From positions 14,200,001-14,264,000 of the forward strand of contig NW_024704743.1 in the NCBI RefSeq assembly GCF_018977255.1: DNA of 64,000 nt. The letters are read 5' to 3'. The notes under the pieces are model-generated. The model did not search any database, had not been told where the DNA came from, and saw only the letters and a list, made by a program, of their open reading frames with translations. The translations under genes were made by a program, and so were the position numbers. Positions 49,850 to 62,995 of the stretch are shown in pieces. Within the stretch, counting starts at the first letter, position 1; each line of letters starts with the position of its first letter. The DNA is from Callorhinchus milii. Its lineage: Eukaryota.

Positions 49850-50180
49850 GTGAACATGGCAGCTAACTTGCATACAGAAATTCCCCACGAACAGCCATGA
49901 AGTCAATGACCAACTTTGGGTGATTCTTGAGCAGGACACTGGGAGAAATTTCCTTCTCTTTTAAAATTGCTCCATGCGATCTTTAACATCCATCTGAATA
50001 GGCGGGCAGGTCCTCTCTTTAAAGTTATAATCTGGAGAATGGCACCTCCAAAATTGCAGTGCTTCCCCAGCATTGCATTGGAGTGCCAGTCTGGACTATG
50101 ATCAAAAGGTCTTGACCTGAGACTTTGAACCCATATCCTTCTGACTCAGAACCGCAAGTGCTGCCAATTGAGTCAGGCTG
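49850..50180 (-). mobile_element. Older Deu-type SINE, intronic
   Basis: gatctttaacatccatctgaataggc, ccttctgactcaga. Confidence 0.75.
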
Positions 50181-50388
50181 CAGAATTGAGCTATTGGGCC
50201 AAGAATATAGTTTAACAATATCCTTGAGCTACAAATTTATGCTGAATAGTGTTGCTGTCATTTTCAGGTCAATGCGTTGCTGCTGTAATTCTCAACTGTG
50301 GTTAATATTTGCTTGTTGTGCAGTAGCTCAACTTTTATCTATTGGAAGACAAACATCATTCATTTCACTGATTTTATTCTTTTGCTAG

Positions 50389-50556
50389 GTTACGGGTTAG
50401 AGGTGGACATGTGGGCCACAGGAGTGATCTTGTATATCCTATTGTGTGGCTTTCCTCCGTTTCGCAGTCTGGAGCGAGATCAGGAGGAGTTATTTGAAAT
50501 CATCCAGCTTGGAGAATATGAATTCCTTTCTCCATATTGGGACAACATCTCTGATG
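50389..50556 (+). CDS. DCLK3: DCLK3 kinase exon ([57 protein letters not shown])
   Basis: Acceptor ttcttttgctAG ends at 50388. 168 nt, phase 1-1. Ends at non-canonical donor GATG|GCAAGT, the only nearby donor that keeps frame with the last exon. Confidence 0.92.
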
Positions 50557-51074
50557 GCAAGTATTATTTCTCTATTATTTAGGTTGTGTAACCAGCAGAA
50601 CGAATGGAAACAGGACAATTAAACTGGCTGATATTGGCCTTGCCACAAGGTGACAGAACCTAGTTACTCTATATGGAACCTCAATATGTTTGGCCCCTGA
50701 AATCTTAAATACCATATTTAAGATTCGTATCTCTCCTGCTGTTTGCAGCTGGATTTTATTTGAATTGGCTTCCACTGCCTAATTTGTTCAGTTTTCTTTT
50801 GAAGGCGTTGCTCAAACAGGATTGAATTGCTGTTACACTAATTCAACTGGTTACAACCTTAAGAACTCCAAAACCATATGGCAGGCTCATTGATAAGACT
50901 ATTTTGCAGTCCAAAAATTGAGTGACAGTTTTAACTTTCCTTCCTCCTCTCCAATTGGCAGAAAGAATGAATTTTCATGTGTGTGAGGTAGACACTTAGC
51001 TAAGTGGCTGCCAATTGTCAGTGTCTGCCAGGGTTTATAATGCACTTTGTTATTGTGCTGGATTGTTTCTAGTA

Positions 51075-51515
51075 ATAAGAATAAGAATACTTTTATTTGA
51101 CATAACATCTTTCACTGAAACAAGACATATCAACATGCTTCACAGGATATACTGGAAAGTGTGCTGATGTGTATTTATAGATGAACACGGCAGCCAATTT
51201 ACCCACAGCAATGTCCTATAAACAACCATGAAAAGGATGAACAATTTTATCTGGGGGATTGGTGGCTTGGACACCAGGAGAAACTCCCTTTTCTTTTTGA
51301 GCAGTGCCATGGGATCTTTAATGCCCATCTGAATAGGCAGACAGCACCTTGGTTTAACATTTCATCCAAATGTTGGCATCTCCAGACAATGCAGCACACA
51401 CTCCCATCATCACTGCCATGGAGTAACAGCCTAGACTATATGAGTTCAAAATCATAACGTGGGGCTTGAACCAATAATCTTCTAACTCAGAGGTGCAAGT
51501 GCTACTAACTGAGCC
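51075..51515 (-). mobile_element. Older Deu-type SINE in the last DCLK3 intron
   Basis: gtgccatgggatctttaatg, ggtttaacatttcatcc, gtggggcttgaacc, ctaactgagcca. Confidence 0.8.
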
Positions 51516-51693
51516 AGTGAAACTGGCTATCACGCCCATGTTATAGGCAGGTTGAGATATTAAGAAGCCATGACCCCCACTGTCATAGGAAATGATTTTG
51601 AAGTAATCCTCAGCTGCTAAAGGTCTTGTGCTTGTGGTTAGCCAGTAGGCGGTATGAGTTGAATGACTTTGTTTCTGGATTTGGTTTCCTCAG

Positions 51694-51890
51694 GCGTCAA
51701 GGGACTCATCAGCAAACTTCTGGTGGTGGATCCGAAAAAACGTTACACAGCCCAGCACGTACTCCAGCACCATTGGATCCAATTGGGGGGCAAGATGAAC
51801 ACCCCTACCCTAAAGGGAGAAATGACAACAAACTTAGAGGCACATTTCAAGAGTCATCATTGCCAGGAAATGAGGGATTCAGCAGTATGA
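51694..51890 (+). CDS. DCLK3: DCLK3 terminal coding exon (GVKGLISKLLVVDPKKRYTAQHVLQHHWI...DSAV-stop)
   Basis: Acceptor tttcctcAG ends at 51693; kinase subdomain XI LLVVDPKKRYTA; TGA at 51888-51890. Confidence 0.95.
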
Positions 51891-53061
51891 TTTTAACAAG
51901 AACTTGATTGCTATAATGCCGTTCATGTAGGGTAACATCTTAGAGAGTTTTATAAGTACAGAGTGAGATGTAAGCAAGGGAGAGGGGAGAAGGGAGAAAA
52001 GGGGAGATGACTATAGGTGTGTTCAATGAGGCAGGATCTGAGACAGAAAGAGAGAGGGCGAGACAGAGTGGTAGAGGAAGGCAATTCCAGAGGTTTCAGC
52101 ATTGACTGGCCCTTAATCATGAAACTGTGAACTGACCTGCTTCTTATAGATAGGTTTAAAAACAGCAAATCCTGGAAGTACACAACAGGCCTATTTAAGC
52201 ATTTTAACAGATAGTTGTGTTAAAGGTTCATTTGCAACATCTTTATAAAGTGGAAGAGGGTGAGTGGAAACAGATGAAGGAAACAAAGACATTAGGAAGA
52301 AAGTGACAATTTAGAACCACTAACTGCACACATATGTGGCAACCAACCATTCAAGATTTGCCAGTATAGAATATCTCCAATGCGAAAGAAACATTAGAAG
52401 CAGTTAAGTGTGTGTCTAAGTAATATTTGATATGATTGTTTGTAGTAATTGTATGATTTATATTTTTTTTAAATTGTAACTCTCTAACCTTGCTAACATC
52501 CATAAGAACAACGACACAACAAAATTACATTTGTATAACGCCTTTCACGTCGGGAGGATTTCCCAAGGCGCTGGACAGTCAGAAGCTTCTGATATCAGAT
52601 CTTTAAATCAAATATCTCTTTCCTCTCCTCTTTAGCCACTTTGACACCATGTGCTTACAATGGAAAATCACATTTGGACCCTCTAACATGTCCTTAATGT
52701 CTGCAGTGCTCTGCATTTTTATACATAAATATACTTTTCTACTTTTATATAACTATACTGACAAAAGGCAACTTGGTCGAAGTTTGTAAATATGTATGTT
52801 GTTGTTCTTGTGTGCTGGAGTTTGTTTGATGTTGCGGTTTGCCTGACTACACAAGGTACTCTGAAATACACATGGGCTGTTTATTTGTAATGCAAACTAA
52901 CATGGAAGCTCCTACAGTTTGTTATAACTGAGGCAGAGTGTGATTGCTGCATACAGTCGGGCACGTATTCAGCAGTATCTTCAGTGTTTAATTTTAAAGC
53001 TCTGACGGTGATCAGACTTGTTGAATTGTTGAACCTAATTCACCTGTCTTTTCAGAAGCAG

Positions 53062-53072
53062 AATAAAATAAA
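53062..53072 (+). terminator. Candidate DCLK3 polyadenylation signal (two overlapping AATAAA)
   Basis: AATAAAATAAA about 1.17 kb after the stop codon, following UGUA-rich UTR-like sequence; no transcript evidence. Confidence 0.4.
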
Positions 53073-54809
53073 ATGGAATAAGCAGGAAAGATTTAATTGC
53101 TGTTTGCAGTCATTATTAATTTGAATGTCACTGAACTGATTTGATGAAGCCTCTCGAAATGTTCTGCTCTTCTCTTGAAATGTTTAACCGGTTGCTCTGT
53201 CTGTGCCACCTTCACTACACAACAGCGCTTTGTTGCTAAGCTCTGCTATCATAATTAATTCTCACACATTGGAGTAGTAATGAAACAAATCATTTTTCTC
53301 TTCTGTAAGATAATACAGGTCCCATTGGACAGACTACACAATCAATACTAGTAATGCTTGAGCAGAGCCCAGCCCAGAGTTCGTCACAATTACTGTTGAC
53401 ATTCCTGAAGATATAATACAATATAAATTTACATTTGCGACCTCCTCAACCTCCCCCAGCTACTCTCTCAAACTCACTGAGCCTGTGAGTCTGGAATCAC
53501 TGAAATCTTGGCGTGTGGTTTGATCACCAGCTATTGTTCCTATTTCATATTGGGTACTGCTTTCCTCCACTGCATTGCCCGCCACTGACGCTAAACTACC
53601 AAATCCTGCTGATGGTTCATCCACAGCTTTGTCACATACCGCCTTGAGGTAACTTCTCAAACACACTCCTCGCTGGTCTCCCCAGTTCCACCATACACAA
53701 GATCCAGCTCATCCAAAACTCCGCTAGCGAGATCCTCACCCATATCAAATTCCACACACCCATCCACCCAAACCTCACCAATCTCCACTGGCTCCGTGTC
53801 TCAGGGCTGTGGCTGTGCCTTCAGCCCCTAACCTCTGTAATTTCTTGCCGCTATCCTTCCATTTTGCTCCCACTTTATTGCTCTATCTTTAATGGGCAAA
53901 TGATATCTAAGAAGCCTTCTTCACTATCTGTTATATTAAGAATGACTCAGAGAGAATGACTCAGAGATTGTTACAACAACATTAGAGATGACCAAGGACA
54001 ATATATATGAATGCATAATACGAGTTGTTGTTGTTACCGAAGGGGGAGGTGGGTAATCTCTCCTGGTACAAAAATTAACATTCAATTTTGTAGCTCTCAC
54101 AGTTGCTTGACAAGCAGGTAGTTATCAGCGCATGGATGAAATCAAGAACAAACCCACAAACATCTAGGCATGAGTTTTGTTAACTGCTATCATAGATAAA
54201 ATGCCTCCTTCACTATCTGTTGTTACATTAAGAATGGTAACTGGTAAGTCAAGACTGTTACAACACAAGTTAAAGAAGACAGATTTGCTCAAAGGTCATG
54301 TAGTTTCAAAATGCATAGTTCTGATATCTAGCATGGGTTATTATAAATACAGAATGAACACCAAAACCTTTCATGTTTTACTATGAAGCAGCTTTCACCT
54401 TGTTATAGAAGATTGTAAAACAACCTTCAGACTTGCAGTAGGGGAGCAAAGGTTATAATTTGCCATAGATAATTTGCCAAAGGTATGCTGAATTTGCCAT
54501 AGATATCACAATTCAAATTTCTAGTTGCCTGACGTTTGACATTCTAAATAAAACAAGAATATAGATAAATCACGCAATCCAATTTACCTGTAATGCTTTT
54601 TTGCTGCTGTTGTCTCTCAAAACGCACATTTTAAATGGCATCTGTTTGAATTTATAATGAGATGGGGTACATTGGGATAATAAATATCCCATTCTCATTA
54701 TTTCAAAGAAGAACAGGTGTATTCTCTAGTTTCTTGGCCAATATTTCTCCTGTATCCAAAGCTCCCAAAAGAAAACAATAAATCACTGCATTAATAGATA
54801 CTGGATCAT

Positions 54810-56040
54810 AGCACCAAGATTGCCCCGGTGAAAGTGATCAATGACATTCTCTCTATCTGTGACCAGGGCTCTCTCTGCCTTATTGTCCTACTTGATCTCT
54901 CTGCCACCTTTGATACTACTGACCACTCTATCCTTCTCCACTTTCAGCTCCACCTTCAATGGTTCTGTCCTTTCCTGGTTTCATTCTTACCTATCCCAAC
55001 ATCTCCACTTGGTGCCTTTGAACAGCTTCTCTTCCTGCCCCCCTCCCCAATGTCCTCAGGGCTCTATCGTCTCCTCCTCAATATCTACATACTCCCTCTT
55101 GGTGACATCATCTGCTGACATTGGATTAACTTCCACATGTATTCAGATGATACCCAACTTTATCTCTGTACCTCCATCCTTGATTCCAGGACCACTGCTG
55201 TCCTGACTGATTGCCCGTCAGGCAAGTCCTGCATGAGAGTTAACTTTCTCCAGTTGAGTGTCAAAAAGACAGAGATCCTCCTGCTTGGTTCCCATCAGCG
55301 CCTTCTCACCTTAGGCATCAATCTAAATGGATGCCACATTTGTGGAGCCAGTGTAGAAACTTGGTGACTAGTTTGACTCTCAACTGTCCTTTACAACCCA
55401 TGTTTGTGCTCTGACCCGCCTAATTTTTCCCCATTGACTGGCTCCGCCACTACATTTCCACTAAGGCCACTGAGTCCTTATCCACACACATAATCATCAC
55501 ATCCAAGCTGGATTACACAAACTCTCTGTTGGCTGGATTACCCACCTCTTTCCTTCACAAAATTCAGATTATCCAGAACTCTGCACCTTGTTTCCTCTCC
55601 TACGCCCATCAAGCCCATCCTCGCTCGGCTACAGTGCTCCCGATCCCCCAGAGGATTGAGTTGAAAATCTTGTCTTCACTTTTAAATCCTTTCATAGTCT
55701 TACATCTACCTCTGCACCTCCTCAAACCCTACCAACCCGGCCACTCCCTTTGCTCATTACGCATCAGCCTTCTTCATGCCCATCCCCACTCTTCATACCA
55801 ATGGCTGTCTACCCACTTGCTGAACTCCATCCTGGAGTCCCTTCACCTCCACCGTTCCCTCACCTCCTTCAAGGTCCATCTCAAGACCTTCTTCTTTGAC
55901 TGCATTTTTGGCCTCTTTCCCTTATCTACCCCACTTCCCCCCACCCACTCAGGCCCTAGCACCAGCTCAGGTGCAAACCCTTGATTGTTCAGCACCTTGG
56001 GAAGTCCTTCTCCTGACATGAAAGGCACTATATATATGTA
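54810..56040 (+). mobile_element. Old L2 (RT through tail), heavily mutated
   Basis: [62 protein letters not shown]. Confidence 0.88.
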
Positions 56041-56104
56041 AATATGTAAGGTATTGTAAATTATTGGTGTTTGTGGGATACTACTGATTCAGATTGGTGT
56101 ACAG

Positions 56105-56430
56105 CCTGGCTAACTCTCGCCTCTGAGTCAAAAGATTGTGAGTTCAAGCTCCATGTCGGGACTTGGACTCACGTAGACTAAGCTGACACTCCAATGCAGC
56201 GCTGAGGGTGTGTTGCATTGTCAGAGGTGCCGTCCTTCACATGAGACATATTAAACCAGGTCCTATCTGTCGGTCTAAAGATCCTATGTCACTATTCAAA
56301 AAGGGAAGAGAGTTTCTCCCAGTGTCTTGGCCAACAATCCCTCAAATAAAAAACTGGTCATTCACTTCATGGCTGTTTGCGTGACATTGCTGTACACAAA
56401 CTGGCTGCTGCATTCACCCACAAATCCACT
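56105..56430 (+). mobile_element. Older Deu-type SINE
   Basis: ctctcgcctctgagtca...gctgacactccaatgcag...gaggtgccgtcctt...aaagatcctatgtcactattc. Confidence 0.8.
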
Positions 56431-56676
56431 TCTCAGTAATTTTTTTTCTTTGTTTATATTGGGATTATGCAATATTATTATTATTGAGTAATGAAACAAT
56501 TGTTATTTTGAGTGAATAGTGCTTGATTTCCTTTTGTTGTCTGGTGGGTGTCTAATACACATGGATGCAGATGTGGAAACCCACTAAGTATGTTAACCCA
56601 TGCTTAACAGAACCCAAACCAGACTGAGAGTTCCATATGTGCATCCCACCTGCATGTTATTAAAGTGTAAACCAAT

Positions 56677-56915
56677 ACAACAACAACAACAACAACTTGG
56701 ATTTATATAGCGCCCTCCATGCCGGACGGCTTCTAAGAGCGCTTCACAGTAATGGATCTGGGGGGACGAGGAGGAGGCAAGACCCAGTGAAACGAAGACA
56801 ACGGGTACTGTTTTGAAGAGAGAAGAGGTCAGAGAGGTAGGGGGGTGCAGAAGAGTGGAAGGATTTGAAGACAAGGGTGAGGATCTTGAAGTCGATCCTC
56901 TCTGTGACAGGCAGC
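56677..56915 (-). mobile_element. L2 3' end with internal deletion
   Basis: (CAA)n ttggatttatatagcgccctccatgccggacggc; same subfamily as 40405-40785. Confidence 0.8.
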
Positions 56916-57614
56916 CTGATGTCTCAGGGAATGTGACTGAGAAATCAAATTAATTCAGTAAAGTGTTAGAAATAAACAACTGTATTCACTGAAATGACAA
57001 CGCAGAATTTCTCAAGTAAATATATAGTTCTTGTAGCTCACTGAAACTATCTACATTAGCTTTGAAACACAAATAAATTCTCTGCAATAAATTACATTTA
57101 TTTCTTTAAATTCAGTGAAAAAGAGCTCAAAAATGCTCAAAAATTAAATTGTAGAAAGTCATACCCGCAGAACCTTTATTCAAATGTAACAATTTAATTT
57201 AAACTAGGTCTCAAAAGCATCCCGTGGCAAATTTATTTGAAGGATACGTATTTAATGAAAGTTTCAGAATGAAATTAACTGAATTTAATAACATCATAGA
57301 TGCTTCAGCTGTGAGCAGTGGGTATTTTAGACTCCCCGCTCTCGTCTGCTATGTGCTACTCATTGTGAATTGCACTTTGTGCATTCATTTTGTGAAACCC
57401 ATAAACCCAGGGTAGTACAATAATCAAAGAATGTACAGCATAGAACCAGGCCATTCGTCCCAAACCATTTCTTACTCACTCCCGTATTCTTCTATTTCCC
57501 TCTCCCTCATGTGAAGGTCTAGCTTCCTCTTCAATGCATCTACACTCTCTGATTAACCATTGCTTCAGGGAACGAGTTCAACAATCTCATCACCAAAAAG
57601 CCATAAACCGAAGG

Positions 57615-58690
57615 TGTTGGTGGGGGAGGTATTGACGGGAGCCAATCAGGAGTGCGTTGGTCTTGTTGATTTTCAACTGTAGAAAGTTATCTCTCATCCA
57701 GGACTTGATGTCTGACAGGCAGTCTGTCAGGACAGCAGTGGTCCTGGAGTCGAGGGTGGAGGCAGAGAGGTAGAGTTGGGTGTCATCCGCATACATGTGG
57801 AAGTTGATCCCATGTCTGCGGATGATGTCACTAAGAGGGAGCATATAGATATTGAAGAGGAGAGGGCCAAGGACAGAGCCCTGAGGAATGCCACACAAGA
57901 CTGTGCAGGGGTTAGAAGTGAAACCTTTAGTAGAGATGAAATGGAGACGGTGTGAGAGGTACAATCTGAACCATTCAAGGTGAAGGTTGAGGTGAGAGGA
58001 GAGGAGGTGGAGGGGGATAGAGTGGTGAACGCCATTGAAGGCAGCAGATAGGTCAAGGAAGACGAGGAAGCAGAGGGAGCCCTGGTCGCAGATGGACAAA
58101 ATGCCATTTATCACTTTGATCAAAGCTGTTTCTGTGCTGTGGGCGGCACAGGGACACAAGTGGAGGGGTTCATGAAAGGAGTGGCGGGAGAGGAAGGAGC
58201 GAAGTTGGGAAGCAAAGAGCCATTCCAGGGCTTTATGTTGCAGATGGGGCAGTAATTTGAGAGCAGGGATGTGTCCAGGGAGGGTTTTTTAAGGATAGGA
58301 GTGATGATGGCTGTTTTTGAAGATGTGGGAATGGTGCCAGTGGACAGGGAGAGGCTTATGATATCTCTGAGTAGGGGGGCAAGGAGGTGGAGCCTGGAGG
58401 TAAGGAGAGGGGTAGGGATGGGGTCGAGGGATCAGGTGGTCGGTATTATGGTGGTGGTCGGTTTATGGTGGCAATGCGAGAGGAGGGGGAGACAGGTTCA
58501 AAGGTGTGGAGAGAGGGATGGGTAGGGACCGGGATGTGAGGTGGAGATGGGGAGGGGGTGGTAGATGGAAGGGCAGAGGCAGCTGAGCGGATCCCCTCAA
58601 CTTTGGTTTCAAGGAAGTCCAGCATTTTCTCGCAGTTGGTGTTGGAGGAGAGAATGGGCGAGGCGTGAGAGGGTGAGTGGAGGAGCCGGT
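57615..58690 (-). mobile_element. L2 internal RT fragment
   Basis: [46 protein letters not shown]. Confidence 0.92.
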
Positions 58691-58811
58691 TGGTGATGCA
58701 TTAACTCACAAAATGTAACAAAAAGCCATGAATAGAAAACACTTAACCAACATTTTAAAAATTCCATGACCCAAATATTTACTCTATTTCGATTAACCCT
58801 TAAATACCTTA

Positions 58812-59462
58812 TAACACAATATGTTGTAAAGTGGATTGACTGTGTATTTTGTGGGCAAAATAAGGCAGCCAATTGAGCAAAGCAGTGTCCCAAAAATAGT
58901 CATGGATTGAGTGACCAATTTTTTTTTGAAGGATTATTAACCCCAGAAAGCAAACTGCCAATCGACTAACTGGGTTCCGATTTACTGCTAGGTAAACAGA
59001 GGTTTTACCCTGCCTGTGAATTGAACCCGGGTCTTCTAGCTTGGGAGGCAAGTGCTGTAACCACTACACGACTCCACAATATTATCATTGTTGTTGCATT
59101 TGAATCAGTGCTTGCAAATATGCTAGAATCCTCAGTCAGATTCATGAGACCTTTTATAAAATATAGTTTCCAGTGCATTAGATGGAACGTGCTGTTTGGT
59201 GACACTCTCCAGCTGAGAGATTGGTATATGTGCCAGATGCTAATAATAATAATACCATATTATTTATTTATTTGTTTTTAAAAATTATTATTTGGTCACT
59301 CAATCCATGACTATTTGTGGGACACTGCTGTATGCAATTGGCTGCCCCGTTTCGCCCACAAAATATCCAGTCAATTTACTTTACAGTATATTCTGTGAAG
59401 TGCTTTGAGACGTCTCAACAAAGTGATACGGTGCTATATCAAATACAAGAATTATTATTATA
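58812..59462. mobile_element. Divergent SINE pair (minus 58812-59076; plus 59290-59462)
   Basis: Shared core ggcagccaattg / caattggctgcc in opposite orientations. Confidence 0.8.
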
Positions 59463-60559
59463 GATGCTGGTAGAAAGAATGTATGAGAAAAGGAAGCCAG
59501 CAATTTTCTAATTTTTTCCTTTAATACTCTAGTAGAAAACTGAAATAATGGCCACTTAAGCAAAGTACCATAGGAGTTATTTTAGCATTTAAGTTTCGAA
59601 CATCTTGTTAAGAAGGAATCATATTGTCCGCTTCCCAGTGATCCAGGCCTTGCTGCAGTTTAGCACAAGGCTACCTCATTACACTGTAAAATCTGGCGTT
59701 ACTTCTTCCATCTGTTCATTACGCTATTGAAATTCTGTACCAAGCATGAATTTATAAAATGTGTCCCACTTTATCTTCTGATTACTAATACACTGCCAGC
59801 AATCCACACCCGATTAAAATAACTAAGCAACAAACACTGAGCTATTTTGACTCCTGCTCACAGACTAAGATTCTTCCTGTGACCATTTATATGTTTCCCC
59901 CTGATGTACAGAAACGCTATTATTAACTGAATGCACATTAAGACCAGTAACCATCAATTATTGTACTTGACTTCAATCTACCTATTTAGCTCTCAAGTCT
60001 TGCCACTTATTTTGTCTCACTGGTGTCTTATAGATTCTGATCCTTGAATAAAAAGCTTAACAAAACTTGGAATATTTCAGGTCCGTATATAATTAACACA
60101 GATTTTTTTCTCACATTTACACTTGCACCCGGATAGCACACATTAGAAAGTAAGATTGCCCCACCGTAACATCTCTAACATTATCACATTGATCATTTCT
60201 CTTATGAACGCCTCTGCATTGTTCATCAGCAACAGGCAGGGCTTCTGAATTGTGAGCAGGTTATTTGACTTGAATCAATTCTCTGTGTGATATTCATGCT
60301 AGGTTTTTTGACTGACTTCTCACAATCCTTTCCATAACCCTTGTTTGTTGTGTAGAGAGTTTCTTGACTTTTTCATCAAAATGTCATCAAATTTCCACAA
60401 AACTTGTTACCTCACAAATAAAGCATCAGGGAGTGGAAATAATAAATGAAGTGGTGTACGATTCTAAATCAATGTGATAATTTTCACTGAAGGTGTTTTC
60501 AATCTTTCTCCTTCTACTGGGTATACATTTTCATGGGCGTTGGTTGTCTGCTGCATACC

Positions 60560-60841
60560 ATATTATACACTGGTGACCATTATTCATGCGTGACCTTCGA
60601 TGGTGAGTTGTGTCAGGCTATTCAACCACATGGGGGCATCACTGCCACATCTGTTCCTCACTCCACATTCACACAGATGGATCTTCCAGCAGGGGCAATC
60701 CAGATTGAGTGACAATCAGGAATGAGAAGCTTGTCTGATTATTAATCCCTCCCCAGTCCAGGGAAGTGCACTAACTGAGATCAGCTAACTCAGATCAGAA
60801 CACCGATCAAACCTCGGGTCTTCCCTGTCTGTATGTTTCAG
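60560..60841 (-). mobile_element. Possible ancient tRNA-derived SINE-like repeat of a different family
   Basis: Minus strand cagacagggaagacccgaggtttgatc (B-box-like) followed by tgagttagctgatctcag; family not identified. Confidence 0.35.
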
Positions 60842-60847
60842 ATATTT

Positions 60848-61300
60848 ATAATAATAATATCCTTGCATTTGATATAGTGCCTTATTACGTATTTGAGACG
60901 TCTCAAAGCATTTCACAGAATATTCTATGAAGTGAATTGACTTTATATTTTGTGTGCGAAATGCGGCAGCGAATTGCGCACAGCAGTGTCCAACAAACAG
61001 TTGTAGGTGACCAATTTTTTTTTGTTTGGAAGGGATCCGCCAATCGATTAACAACCGGGTTCCTACTTACTGCTAGGTAAACAGAATCATGTGGACTAAG
61101 GAAACTTGCCCAACTTTTCACCCTGCCTGGGAATCGAACCCAGTTCCTCTCGCTTGCGAGGCAGCGGTGTGCAATTGGCTGCCACGTTTCGCCACAAAAT
61201 ATATAGTCAGTTCACTTTACAGTATATTCTGTAAATGCTTTGAGACGTCTCAAAGATGTGATAAAGTGGTATATATCAAATGCCAGGATTTTTTTAATTA
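60848..61300. mobile_element. Abutting inverted SINEs (minus 60848-61160; plus 3' part 61161-61300)
   Basis: gcagcgaattgcgcacagc versus gtgtgcaattggctgcc; tails point outward. Confidence 0.82.
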
Positions 61301-61489
61301 TCCTTCTTGGTTACCTTCTGTGTAAAGAAATACTTCCTGATCTCTGTTCTTGAACTGCTCTTCACTACCGTGAACCTTGCCCTCTTGTCCTGATGCCTTG
61401 ACCTAACTAGGGTAACTTTCTCTGGCTCCATCTTTATCTTTTGATACATGATGGAGAAGGGAATACAATGGGGTATAAATATATGGTAC

Positions 61490-61765
61490 CTAAGCATAGA
61501 TCAAATAGGGAGTTTAGGAGGAACTTCTTCATGTAGAGAGTGGTGAGAATGTGTTCATTGGAAGCTGTGGCTGAATTAAAAAGCATCAACGTATTAAGTA
61601 TTAAAGTATTAAAGCATCAACATATTAAGAGAAAACTTAAAAAAAGAGATATAAGAGAGGGGAATAGGAGAGCAGGGGGCTTGTGTGGAGTGTAAACATC
61701 AACACAAACTAATTGGTCTGAATGGCCTGTTTCCGTGCTTGACCAGTTTATGTAACTCTATGTAA
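61490..61765 (+). mobile_element. Degenerate CR1 3' end
   Basis: aggaacttcttcatgtagagagtggtgagaatgtg; gaatggcctgtttccgtgct...tatgtaactctatg tail. Confidence 0.65.
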
Positions 61766-62639
61766 ATCCCATTTAGCATCTTATGTGCCATTATAATAGA
61801 TGATCTCAGGTCAGAGAAGATGTCCGTAGGTTAATGTGAGATTCCATTGAATTATTTGCCTAAGATGCATGTTATATCCCGAAGGAACTTTTTCTGTGGC
61901 TTTCCTGTTCAACTTCTCGACCCCAATGTCTTGCCATTCCATTTAAGTCATTAATGTTCTCTGTGCAGCCTTCATTAAGGTAACATTAAATACATTGGTG
62001 CCTTATAGGCTTACAAGATCAACAATTGTGTCAGCACCTGATGAGTGGAACTATTTGTCTGTTTGTGCCTAGAAATAATCTTTATTTTTATTTACAAAAG
62101 CACAGCAATTACTTTGAGTGCCGCATTTCAAATTTAAGTACTCTCCACCTGCCATGTTGCACTCAGCCTGTGTATGGATTGAAAAACAAATTATTTCCAT
62201 AGTAATTCCTTAATAAGTCTGCGCGTTTAAATTATTACAACTCAATTCAGTGCAATCATCAACTCAATTGAATCCTTAATTTTCTGCTGACAAAAATGAT
62301 GTAAATGGCACATGACACTTTTCCTGAAACCTATTCAAACATCAATCTGCATTAGTTTTCCATTCACAATATGACGATTCCCCTGGATTTGACCGAATGA
62401 GACATGACAGGAAAGAATGACAGCCTTTAGTCAATCAGTTATACCACCAATAATGTGTTAAGTGCTCCAGGACACCACCCTGTGTGAAGGTGCTATATAA
62501 ATGCAAGTTGTTATTGTTTTAAAATAAACACATTAAGGAATAAAAGGAGAAATCCAGTCAATCAGCAATCTGATAAAGAAAAATAGGTCAATTGTTTGAG
62601 TGTCATACTTAGTTAGAACCTTTAATCAACCATTTGGAG

Positions 62640-62995
62640 TATAATAATCCTGGCATTTGATCTAGGCTTTATCAGGTCATCACAATTACTCAGAGTGCTT
62701 CACAGGATTTACTGTAAAGTATAGTCATTGTATTTTCTGGGTGAATGCAGAAACAATTTGCACATAACAATGTCCCACAAACAGCCATGAGGTGACTGCC
62801 CAATTTTATTTGGAGGATTGTTGACCAGGACCCCAGTAGAAAGTTTCTTCTCTTTTTGAATAGTGCCATGGAATCTTTAATGACCAACTGTACAGGCAGA
62901 CGGGACCCTGGTTTAACATTTAATCAAAGGACAGCATCTTCTTCAATACAGCATACCCTCAGCACCGCATTGGAGTGTCGATCTTGCCCATGAAA
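62640..62995 (-). mobile_element. Older Deu-type SINE (another partial copy at 63565-63815)
   Basis: aatgtcccacaaacagccatg, gaatagtgccatggaatctttaatg, ggtttaacatt. Confidence 0.78.
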
